Shown here: positions 53,313 through 64,000 of the stretch, piece after piece
Position numbering within the stretch: position 1 is the stretch's first letter
Layout of the letters: each line of letters starts with the position of its first letter
NCBI GenBank assembly: GCA_030324005.1
Contig: JARDVH010000163.1
Span: 100,512,035 to 100,576,034 of the forward strand
DNA: 64,000 nucleotides
Reading direction: 5' to 3'
Source: Negaprion brevirostris
Lineage: Eukaryota
The notes under the pieces: generated by a model
What the model was told of the DNA's origin: nothing
Seen by the model: only the letters and a program-made list of their open reading frames with translations
The model's database searches: none
Translations under genes and position numbers: made by a program

Positions 53313-56300
53313 TCTGTGTAGAACTTTATACACCAGGAACATGTATCNNNNNNNNNNNNNNNNNNNNNNNNNNNNNNNNNNNNNNNNNNNNNNNNNNNNN
53401 NNNNNNNNNNNNNNNNNNNNNNNNNNNNNNNNNNNNNNNNNNNNNNNTCAGCAAAATGTTGATTTAAAAATGTGGCAAGCACCCAAGAGTTATATGTTCC
53501 TTAGCATGTTAAGCCAAGTGTAAAAAGGCAAAAGAAGGTTTACCCCGTGTGCAATGTCAGTTTAAATACTTTTCAATTTAACAACTGTTTATTGTCTTTT
53601 CCCCAAAGAGCAGGACATTAGGCAGTAAAATAGAAAGGTTAAATAAAAATTTACCTGTTCAATGGTTGATTTTGATTTTTATGAAATGTGAGGAGTGCGA
53701 AATTATTTGAGATTCCATTTGCACATGCACAGCTGGTCTTAAAAGTGAGGTCAGAGCTTATGAACTCGCAGTACCAAGTATTGAATTCCATTTTGTACAT
53801 GGCAGTGAATGGTGGCACATGGAATCAGTAACAAAATATACATGAAAACATATACCTGTGACGTAATTCAATGCAACTTGCGAAAATCATGGGAGGAAGT
53901 GAAGAGCACATTATCTCTTTCTTTACCTGCTTCATAAAATCAATATTAAACATCAAATGGGTAGGTTCCCATTACGACTTTTGATTTTATTTTGTAACAG
54001 TGCTCATTCAAAATAATGTGAGATTTTCTGGCCTTGCAATGCCAGCTCTATGAATAACAAATCTAGTCAAAATTACAGTTTGTAGCTGTTTTAAAGCAAT
54101 CTACTGACTGTTGCACATGTAGCAAAATGGAGACAGTAATGCCCAACACTGTGCTTCATCTGTTTAGGTATTGTAAATCCAAGTACATAGAGAAATTAAG
54201 CATTTCCCCTCTCCTGAGAATCACATTGCTTCTAATTCAAAACGTGAAGAACTGTTCAAACCTTTAATTACAAAACAGCACTACTCTTAAATGCTTGTCC
54301 CTTAATGAAAGCGGGCACGATTGAAGTTCTAGTCCTACAAACAAGATTGCCATTGAAAATGTATTGACATTATCTTTCATTGGTTTATTGTAAATGGTTT
54401 GAAAAGTTTTTTAACTGATCATGGTTAATGTACCTTTAGATCTGATTGCAACTTTTGTATAATGAGGTTTGAACGCATAAGTGTCAATTGCAGCTCTGAT
54501 AATGATATGATGTATCCATTTAGCTATAGTGTCAGTAGTGGTTCTTTGGTAAATGTTTTTCTCACTGTTTTGAAGGCGTTAGTTATGAAGCAAATATTCT
54601 GACAATTGTTCATCAACACATTAGCATGATGAAATGCCTTCAACACAAATTGGCAACAGTTTTCCCTGGTTTGTTTTGTTACAAAAGAATATTCACTTGA
54701 AATGTAAAGGACAGAGGATAGTTTGCACGTTGTTAGTGTCTAGGAGATGCATGGTCTGTTGATGCTGTACAGACACCAAATCAATCAACGTTTTCATTGA
54801 CATTTCTTGATGATATAGTGACAAAAACAGATGAAAGTTGTGGGAGGTAGTCTAGCACAGACTTCACATTCCACATAGTATTTTGTATTGGCACTGGTGC
54901 TTTGAGGTTGTTCACTCCTCTCATAAAATGAGTGACCAGTGGATGTGAGCCCAAAGTGTGCTTATCTGGCAGCACAACAAAGACAAATCTTACTTTGTTG
55001 TGTTCATGGCATTATAGCCTGATGAAGTTAAAAATTTCTAAACATTGTCGACAGATATTTGCAGTGGATTAATTTATTGTCCACTGCAAAAATCCATCCA
55101 TTTCTTGATGCAAATAGTGTACTGCTTCCAGGTCGATGGCCGCCAGGCAGATAGGATGATGTTGGCAGTTTCTGCTGAAAACTCCTTGTCTTGTAGGTTT
55201 TTTTTTGAAAACCTGTAGAGTATAAGGTTAAGGCACTCATAAAGTGGGTTGATATAGTTTTGAAGTAGGTTGAGAAATTAAATTAATTGTTGGGAGTATC
55301 ACTGGTCCTTGCACTGGTGCAATAGATATGTTGGCCATCTCAGTGCTATCATAAAACCATCAACTTCCTTCTTTCAATTTTCTATAAACATCCCCTAATG
55401 AGGAATAAGTGGGGAAATACATAAAAGAAATGGATTTGGCAGGTGATTAAAAAAGCGTCTGTTGCCATGGCATCTACAGTCTGGTAACCAAAACACACAG
55501 TATTCTACCAGTGCATTTAAATATAATGCAACAAGATCAATGTCTGATTTCCTACAGCTGTAGATAATTAATCCCACCTTACTTCCATTCCACCTGGTTG
55601 TTGAATTTTCTTGATTTTTCATCAGCTATTTGATTGAAGAGATTAGACAAATGTTTTGGAGTGACTCAAATTTGTCTAGGTTGACACCATTTCCAGAAAA
55701 TCTTGACTAGTTTGTTTCATGCCTGTGATTTTGTTCCTCCTGTATTGTTTAAGCTTTAAAGGCAAAGAAAGTAGCTTTCAGTTCCAAGTAATTAATGTCA
55801 CTTCTTTCTGCTCATGCCTTCTCTTCAGCATTCCATCTTTCTCCAACGTGTGTGGGGTACCATTGGATACATCCCATCCTAAATCATTGCTTGTGATGTG
55901 TACTGTTGATCCTTTATCACTGGTGCTGACTGTAGTTGACACCAAGTTAGCTCATCATATGCTGCAAGAGAAAGAATCACTTTCTGTCAAAATACCTTTT
56001 TGTTGTCTTTCAAAATCCATTTTGTTTCCTTTTCGAGCACCCTGTAATGCAATAGCCCATATTGTACACCATAGAAAAGCAGCCACCAATTTGCCAATCA
56101 CAGAGGAAACTATTTGCATTGATGGTTAATGTGAGGCCAACAACATATTTCCTCTGATTTTTCAGTGAGCCTTATTTTCATTGTGGAGTTCCGGATATAG
56201 CCTAGAAAAGTAACACTGTGTACTGGGTCAAGTACAGATCTATATGGGTGCATGACAGAACCAAAGTCAGACAGTATCATGGCTGTTTCTCTGACTGCAT

Positions 56301-56654
56301 CCGATTGCTCCCTATTTTGCTTTACCAACAAGGAAGGTATCATCTTTCTATACCAGTACAGTATGGTGATCTTTGTTCCTCATAATTGCAAATAGTGGTC
56401 TAGCTCAACCCATTTGGTAAGGCTCTAAATTGCCATTTTATCTCTTTCCACCTGAGTTTTAGGTATTTTCTCTGTCATCTTGCAATTGGTATTATTCTAT
56501 TAAGGCCATGAAACAGCCATTGGTAAGCTCTTGTACAGCAATGTCTAAATTGTCCATTTTAAAATGATAGTATTTTCTATGTTTAGGCAGATTTAAAGAT
56601 CTAGAATCATGCGATAGCCACCTTTTTCCCGCTGAGTGAGAATACTTGATACAT

Positions 56655-56792
56655 AGGCTGAAATGTTGCAGCCATTCACGCCAGTGGGATTTTACCATTC
56701 CTGCTGCAGTGAACAGAAATTTGACTAGGAGCCAAGTTCTCTGACTTCACTGCAGTGGGAGCATGGTATGAACAGTTGGTAAAATCTTGCCC
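56655..56792. mobile_element. About 140-bp palindromic MITE inserted in the DIRS RT
   Basis: Internal inverted repeats gattttacca/tggtaaaatc and ctgcagtgaa/ttcactgcag. Removing it rejoins KHGDS|YVSSILTQ in frame. Confidence 0.75.
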
Positions 56793-58617
56793 TGAGTCTC
56801 CATGCTTGAGCATAATCTTTTCAAACATGTCTTTGTATTGAAAGTCTAAATTTTTTTTCATAAACAGCTTTTATTTCTTCACCGTTCAATTTGTAAAGTA
56901 GAGGTATAAAATTTGCTCAACTGAGCCATTTAATTGTAATTCATATCCAGAAACAATGTTTAAAATGATTTGACCCAGTGTTCTTTTTCTAGCATCTTTG
57001 TGGCTGCTCTGTCGACCTCTGATATGCTCAATTTCAGTTGCAACATGAAAATAAGACCGCGTTCTTTTACCTACTTGAGATGCCTCAGTACAGGCTGTTG
57101 AGATTGAAAATTTTTCTGGCTCAGCTGGAGTTTGTCTGCCAGCTGATGGGTGGCAGGTGGTTTCTGCAGTTGTTTCATAGGGAATCTTTGTACCTGTCCA
57201 TGGCTGTTCTGCAGATGCTTTGACTGGTTGAAAAGATGTTTGTCCCTTAAAAAAGCCTGTGGTTCTTTCCCCTTGGATGGGACCTTGTTATTTCTGATGA
57301 GAAAATGCCTGCTTGCAATACTGCAATATATGTTGTAACATGCTTTGAACTGAGTGCAGTTCCTCATCGTATGTTCCTTGTCCATTTCTTTCACAGTCCT
57401 ACTGAGATAATCTCCAAAGAGCCATTGTGCAGATCAGTCATGATAATGAATGGCAGAGCAGGCTGAAGGGACCAATTTGGCCTACTCCTGCTCCTAATTC
57501 TTACGTTCGCACGTGTTATCTTTAAATTCTGCACCATGTGTGTATCTCAAGCTGTGATCAGACTTTATTAGATTATTCCTGAGCTGGTTCAGCTTGAAGC
57601 TTGCATTGGCTAGTAGAACAACAGCATCCTGTTCTGTTTCACTAAGCGAGCCATCATTTGTAGATTTCAAGAATGCTGTGACCAACCACCACCCCCCCTA
57701 CCCCCGCCCCTCACCCCTCGCCCCCCTTCACAGTGGGCCTTCACCACCTCTGAAGTTCCATATCCAAATTGTGGACTGAGTGATTCTGGTTTTCCCAAAT
57801 CAAGTGATTCATTCACCTTTGGGCNNNNNNNNNNNNNNNNNNNNNNNNNNNNNNNNNNNNNNNNNNNNNNNNNNNNNNNNNNNNNNNNNNNNNNNNNNNN
57901 NNNNNNNNNNNNNNNNNNNNNNNNNNNNNNNNNNNNNNNNNNNNNNNNNNNNNNNNNNNNNNNNNNNNNNNNNNNNNNNNNNNNNNNNNNNNNNNNNNNN
58001 NNNNNNNNNNNNNNNNNNNNNNNNNNNNNNNNNNNNNNNNNNNNNNNNNNNNNNNNNNNNNNNNNNNNNNNNNNNNNNNNNNNNNNNNNNNNNNNNNNNN
58101 NNNNNNNNNNNNNNNNNNNNNNNNNNNNNNNNNNNNNNNNNNNNNNNNNNNNNNNNNNNNNNNNNNNNNNNNNNNNNNNNNNNNNNNNNNNNNNNNNNNN
58201 NNNNNNNNNNNNNNNNNNNNNNNNNNNNNNNNNNNNNNNNNNNNNNNNNNNNNNNNNNNNNNNNNNNNNNNNNNNNNNNNNNNNNNNNNNNNNNNNNNNN
58301 NNNNNNNNNNNNNNNNNNNNNNNNNNNNNNNNNNNNNNNNNNNNNNNNNNNNNNNNNNNNNNNNNNNNNNNNNNNNNNNNNNNNNNNNNNNNNNNNNNNN
58401 NNNNNNNNNNNNNNNNNNNNNNNNNNNNNNNNNNNNNNNNNNNNNNNNNNNNNNNNNNNNNNNNNNNNNNNNNNNNNNNNNNNNNNNNNNNNNNNNNNNN
58501 NNNNNNNNNNNNNNNNNNNNNNNNNNNNNNNNNNNNNNNNNNNNNNNNNNNNNNNNNNNNNNNNNNNNNNNNNNNNNNNNNNNNNNNNNNNNNNNNNNNN
58601 NNNNNNNNNNNNNNNNN

Positions 58618-58886
58618 TCCACCTTCTTCCTTCGGGAAAAAGATACAAAAGTCTGAGGTCACATACCAACTGACTCAAGAACAGCTTCTTCCCTGCTGTT
58701 ATCAGACTTTTGAATGGACCTACATTGCATTGAGCTGACCTTTCTCTACACTCCAGCTATGACTGTAATACTATATTCTGCATTCTCTTGTTTCCTTCTC
58801 TATGAATGGTATGTTTTATCTGTGTAGCATGGAAGAAACAGTACTTTTCACTGTATGCTAATACATGTGACAATAAATCAAATCAA
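58618..58886 (+). mobile_element. Rex1/Babar-like LINE 3' end after a gap
   Basis: HLLPSGKRYKSLRSHTN*LKNSFFPAVIRLLN followed by the tail aataaatcaaatcaaa. Confidence 0.8.
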
Positions 58887-60744
58887 AATTGAGGGTATGA
58901 ATCAATCATACTCATAATCAGTGCTTTCATATTCCTGTTTAACATACTCATCATAGGAGGTTGAGTCACAGTATTGCTCATAATGAAGTCTTCATGCAGG
59001 CCTGCTTGAATGTGGCAAGTTCTTTTCCAATGCGACTGATTATGCCATTTGCACCCCTTACTGCCACTGCCACAGTTATTCGCACATAAGATTTCAACCA
59101 TAGTTTTTCAACAGCTGCTTTTTCTCTTTTGGCTCCAAGAAAGTTGCCCCAACATTCCATATGAGAGTCAATGAAAGGGACTTCTGTCTCTCAGACTTCT
59201 TGGGTCTGGCAGCTTTGACTTTAGGTTTCTCACCTGTCTCCATAGGACTGGCTGTTGTGGTGTCCTTTGGTTTCTCTGAGCCAGCACGTGCTGGCCCACC
59301 TTGGGGCCTGCACTTCACATTGCTTGCTGACGTATTGCCGCGGGGTCAGGCTTGCTGTGACTGAGTTGTAATAATATCACTGGAACCCTCAAACTCTGCT
59401 TTTTATATAGCTTTTATCTCTCCATCTTTCAGAAACAACACCTCCCAATTATTAACAATATAGCAATGTTTTTCACAAATATTTTGGATGAATTTCTTCA
59501 CATTAATTGCGCTTACTTAACATGATAGGTTTTGCACATCGAGGATGAATTGGTTGCACACGCCAAACAGGATCTCATCATTACAAAATAAAAATATATT
59601 ATTAATCATAATATTTGAAAAAAAGGTTGACATTTTATCCTAAGTACAAAACACAAATTTGAATTTTAAAAAATGCCAGTAGTTTTGCTTTTCTGCAGAT
59701 GGAAGTTTTCAAAGTTTAACTATTAGTGTCATAAATNNNNNNNNNNNNNNGCAGTGAAGTTCCTGTGAAAGTCCCCTGGGAAAGAAAATCAAAAAAAAAA
59801 ATTGCATTAACGGGGCAAAGACAAAAGGCAAATGGGATGAGAGTAAATAGCTCTAATATAGAGCTACTATCATCACATTGGATCTGAAAGTTTTCAGATT
59901 CTGGGAAAATATTCATTTTTAAACTAGATATTTAAAATTTATTTAATTGTGTCTTATTATATTGTTTTTGTATGATTTAATAATTATTAAAGTATTATGC
60001 TACTTGTATCTTCTGAGCTGCCCAGCATCAGTTTTGGGGTGTACCCCAAAGATACTTGGAACTTCCCAGGCAAGGGTTTACATGGCAATTGCCCAAAACT
60101 CACTTTCTCTGGGCAATTGCCCTATCCTGGGACCCATCTGAAAATGTGATCTAAATTGCAAACTTTGCATGGTACCAGTTATGTTACATGAATAGGTACC
60201 CAGAAAAAGTTAGAAGAATTAAAACTTCCTCTAATCCTGGGTAACTGTTGTAAGGACAGACCAGCCCCATCCCAAGGGGCTCTGCCCACACCCCAACCCC
60301 TGAAGGGGCACCACCCTCCCTCAGTGGAACTCCCCGACTCCCAATGGGATTGTCCCCATCCCCCAACACCAATGTCCAACCCCTTCCTCCAATGTCCGAC
60401 ATGACCTGACCAGAACCTGCCCCATCTTACACNNNNNNNNNNNNNNNNNNNNNNNNNNNNNNNNNNNNNNNNNNNNNNNNNNNNNNNNNNNNNNNNNNNN
60501 NNNNNNNNNNNNNNNNNNNNNNNNNNNNNNNNNNNNNNNNNNNNNNNNNNNNNNNNNNNNNNNNNNNNNNNNNNNNNNNNNNNNNNNNNNNNNNNNNNNN
60601 NNNNNNNNNNNNNNNNNNNNNNNNNNNNNNNNNNNNNNNNNNNNNNNNNNGACCATTGTAGTCACTTTTATTATGATGGAAGTAATTAAACCTGGTTGGT
60701 GCATCATCTACACGCAAAATTATAACGAAGGACTCTTTAAATTT

Positions 60745-61043
60745 AGAATCATAGTGAAGGTCTACAGTGAAGAAGGAGGCCATTTGGCCCATCAGGTCTG
60801 CACCGACCACACTCCCATCCATGCCCTACCCCTATAACCCCACATATTTATCCTGTTAGTTCCATGGCCAATCCTCCTAACCCACACATCTTTGGACTGT
60901 GGAGGAAACCAGAGCACCCAGAGGAAACTCACACAATGCAAGGAGAATGTGCAAACTCCACGCAGACAGTGACCCATGCTGGAAATTGAACCTATGTCCC
61001 TGGCCATATGAGGCAACAGTGCTAACCACTGTGCCACCGCGCT
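60745..61043 (-). mobile_element. V-SINE (HE1-like), full length
   Basis: Reverse complement gcggtggcacagtggttagcactgttgcctca plus the V domain and tail. Confidence 0.92.
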
Positions 61044-61369
61044 GCTCATAATACAAAAAAGCTATAGAAATGGAAGGTTGTGGCATTTCTTTGGATTCAG
61101 TAATGTTGCATTCAATGGTTTACCATATCACATAATTTTACTACAAATCAAAATATTCATAATATTGGGAGCACATTAAGAATATTGCATAAATCTGTAT
61201 TGGTCGTATGCTTTTCATAGTTCCAGTAGACTTATTGAAAAGATAATCGACTAATGCAATAGGAAATCTGTCCAGATGCCTACCAATTCGATATGATTTT
61301 TGTACAAACCTGTACAGATTTACTCTCTGAAAAATTTATACAGGCAATTAAGATTTCCTAGAAATTTGA

Positions 61370-61720
61370 ATAGTCAGTAAAAGAGCCACATCAGCCAAGA
61401 ATGTCTCAGACTCAATCTCTGGCTTGTGCTGGGTTACAGCGAGGGTGATATAATTGACAACATTGCCCTTAGGTTAGGGAAGAGAAAACTCATCCAGGGC
61501 TGCCTCTCTTGAATATTATCTAATGATTCTTTCAAGAATTGTGAAATGTGAACGTGGCTTCTGGGTGGGGACTGGACCAGACTTTACTGTGAGAAAAATA
61601 GTCATAACGTAATGCTGACTGTCAAGTCTTACACATAAATAATGGTGACAGAGTGCAGAAAGGCAGTTATGCATGTAGAACCATATTCTATGAAGAAGTC
61701 AAAGCTTCCAGGGAAGTAGA
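61370..61720 (+). mobile_element. Old SINE-like repeat; partial related copy near 63060-63190
   Basis: tcaatctctggcttgtgctg...ggttagggaagagaaaa.tca.ccaggg resembles an old elasmobranch SINE; highly diverged. Confidence 0.4.
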
Positions 61721-62134
61721 ACAGTGATATGTAGAAATTACTATATGAAACAGAATTGAAGAATGGCTTTATGCAAATCTTGCATGCTAAGATTTCTTTT
61801 GCCTTTTAATTCTGATTATTCAATTGTGTGTATTTTGGAACTTGATTAATATAGTAGAAACTACATTTTATCACAAAAGGAAAATTAAAGTAATATAGTT
61901 TATAAAGTGAATCACAAAGAATCAGAATTGTGTCCACAGTTCTTTATTTCTCACAATTGTAAACTTTTTACTAGACACGTTATTAGTTGTGCATGTCCTC
62001 ACAATTGCATTATTCATGTAATTCAATTATGTGATCAAGCAAATAATGTAAGCAGGTTAAAAATTCAAAATTGATGTTGGCTTTGTACATGCCTTAGGTA
62101 GTGATCCAATGAAGATTTTCTTTATTTTATTAAG

Positions 62135-62989
62135 GTATTGACCAAGGACAGATGACATATGATGGTCAACACTGGCATGCTACAGAATTGTGTTTCTGCT
62201 GTGCACGTTGCAAGAAGTCATTACTTGGACGACCTTTCCTACCAAAACAAGGACAGATATTTTGTTCCAGATCCTGCAGCATTGGGGAAGATCCCAATGG
62301 CTCTGACTCTTCAGACTCTGCCTTTCAAAGTGCACGATCAAGAGAATCCCGACGCAGTGCTAGAATAGGTAGGAACAGCAGTAAAGTAGAAGATAAAGGC
62401 CTAAGACCAACTATTTCGCAAGCGGCAATGAACAGGTATTCTACAGATATTGATCCACTTTCTCAACAAATGGACATGCTGAGTCTTGCTGGTCAAGCAG
62501 CCAGTTTGAACAAAGAAACACTTTGGAAAACCAGAGACGTCTACCAATATGATGATGATTCTACAGAAAGGGCAAAGTATACAGAAAGACCTACTCAACC
62601 AATCAGTCAGTACAGTGTAAGGAATGAATTTAATCCAACACAGTGCATAAGCAATCAGACTGATATATGGGGGAAAGAATTCAATACAAAGAGAAGTTCA
62701 ACTGCTGCCTTGAAAGATCATAGCGATAGTTTTATCCAAGAGGACAAAGAAGATTATTATCCTTCAGCAGTCAGAACTCAAGAAAGCTTTAGCAGTGCAT
62801 CGAGCCATAGTATACCTGAATCTCGATCAAATCCAACTGTACAAGGATATGAGATGGAAAGAGAATTGATTTCTCATCAGTGTCGAACCAGACACCCAAT
62901 CAGTGCACTTAGTTTTACCGATCAACTCACGTTTCTTGAACAAACCCCAAGGGAATCAATAGAATCTCTTGCACTTTCAAATGCAACAG
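62135..62989 (+). CDS. PRICKLE2: PRICKLE2 large exon, LIM3 and Ser-rich C-terminal region; gene continues beyond the window
   Basis: ttattaag|GT ATT GAC CAA GGA CAG ATG; phase matches the previous exon (G|GT=Gly). Corresponds to ORF 62152-63021: [68 protein letters not shown]...[13 protein letters not shown]; donor ACAG|gtatag. Confidence 0.96.
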
Positions 62990-63489
62990 GTATAGTATAT
63001 TTGTCATTAACTATTATTTAATATAAACCTGTTAGATAATCAAAGATAGCAAAAGTAGAGAGGCTAGTTCATATCCAAGCCACAGTGCTATCCTAGGTGC
63101 GATTTCCGATCCATGCTAAGTTTGGTTATCTCAGCTAAGATGGCTGGAAAAAGATCAGTTGCTACATTCTCCTGATGACTAGAGCATCATGACTCAGTAC
63201 TTCCTTACTCCCACAGCCTTATAATCTCCTGGAAGAGGCATATAAAATTTAGAAAAATCTAAGATCCATAAGGAAACAATAAACACTGTTTACAGGCCTA
63301 CTAGGGTGATGGAAACTAGCACTGGAGATCTTTTTTTATCCATTTGTGGGAATGGGTGTTTTTGGTTGGTCAGCATTTATTGCCCATCCTTAGTTGCTCT
63401 TGGAGGTAGTTGAGAATCAAGCGCATTGTGTTTGATATTTGTTAATCCATTTACCTTTAATGATGCAATTTCTATCCCAGTCAAAAACC

Positions 63490-64000
63490 AGTCTATATAA
63501 CTGAAGTGGACCAGACATTTGAATACTAAGACCCCAAGAGCAGGTTAGAGGTTGGATATCCTGCAACAATTAACTCAGCTCCTGACTCCCCAAAGCTTGT
63601 CCACTATCTACAAGACACAAATCAGAATCTGATGGAACGCTGCTCACTTGCCTGGATGAGTGCAGCTCCACTCATAAAGCTTGATAGCATCCAGGACAAA
63701 GCAGTCCAGTTGATTGGGTTCCCATCCACCACCTTAAACATCCACCACTGTACACAGTGACAACATTGTGTAACATCTACAAGATGCACTGCAGCAACTC
63801 AGCATGGTTCCTTCGACAGCACCTTACAAACCCACAACGTCTGTCATCCAGAAGGACTAGGGCAGCAGATGCGTGGAAATACAACAGCCTTCAAATTCCC
63901 CTCTTGAGTCACACACTGTCTTGACTCAGAAATATATCGTCGCCATTCCTTCACTGTCAATAGATCTAAATCCTGGAATTCTCTTCCTAACACCATTGTG
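63490..64000 (+). mobile_element. CR1-like LINE RT C-terminal / 3' region
   Basis: QLLTPQSLSTIYKTQIR and KLDSIQDKAVQLIG; downstream sequence matches 6775-6930. Confidence 0.85.

Larger units (their letters stand above)
53630..59500 (-). mobile_element. DIRS-like tyrosine-recombinase retrotransposon, degenerate, with nested insertions
   Basis: Minus-strand order: gag-like (PKVN; QDAVVLLANASFKLNQLRNNLIKSD), RT (YVSSILTQREKGGYRMILDL; HFKMDNLDIAVQELTNGCFMALI; SVLDPVHSVTFLGY), methyltransferase-like (SDIDLVALYLNA..YCVFWLPD), YR (LGSHPLVTHFMRGVNNLKAPVP....WNVKSVLDYL). The 5' boundary is approximate. Confidence 0.85.

Noticed and set aside
62990-63021. In-frame read-through to a stop (IVYLSLTII*) followed by aataaa-like atataaa, suggesting a truncated isoform
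   Set aside because: A normal GT donor sits at 62990, at the expected exon end; short read-through into an intron is expected by chance.

Overview
Vertebrate draft-genome DNA with many N gaps. The repeat landscape (V-SINE/HE1-like SINEs, CR1-type LINEs, Penelope-type termini) points to an elasmobranch (shark); that is an inference. The only host gene I can support is PRICKLE2 on the + strand. Six coding exons with GT-AG boundaries and matching phases were read directly: 23397-23580, 40494-40607, 43797-43934, 46075-46278, 48833-49019 and 62135-62989. They encode a Cys-rich N-terminal fragment, the PET domain, three LIM domains and the start of the C-terminal tail. The last exon lies outside the window, and I found no convincing upstream exon. 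The rest is intronic or upstream DNA full of decayed mobile elements: a Copia RT/RNaseH remnant, Harbinger transposase and Myb/SANT remnants, Harbinger-type MITEs, a Tigger/pogo transposase, a roughly 6 kb DIRS-like tyrosine-recombinase retrotransposon, many LINE and SINE copies, and degenerate Penelope-type hammerhead ribozyme cores. I found no convincing evidence for an undescribed biological system. The best leads are: (1) the canonical PRICKLE2 start Met is ATA here, inside an open Cys-rich extension; (2) an inverted pair of same-subfamily SINEs brackets the PET/LIM exons, making a circRNA/dsRNA candidate; (3) hammerhead fossils; (4) the DIRS fossil; (5) a 185-bp inverted duplication inside a Harbinger element. 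All family assignments come from remembered motifs, not database searches.
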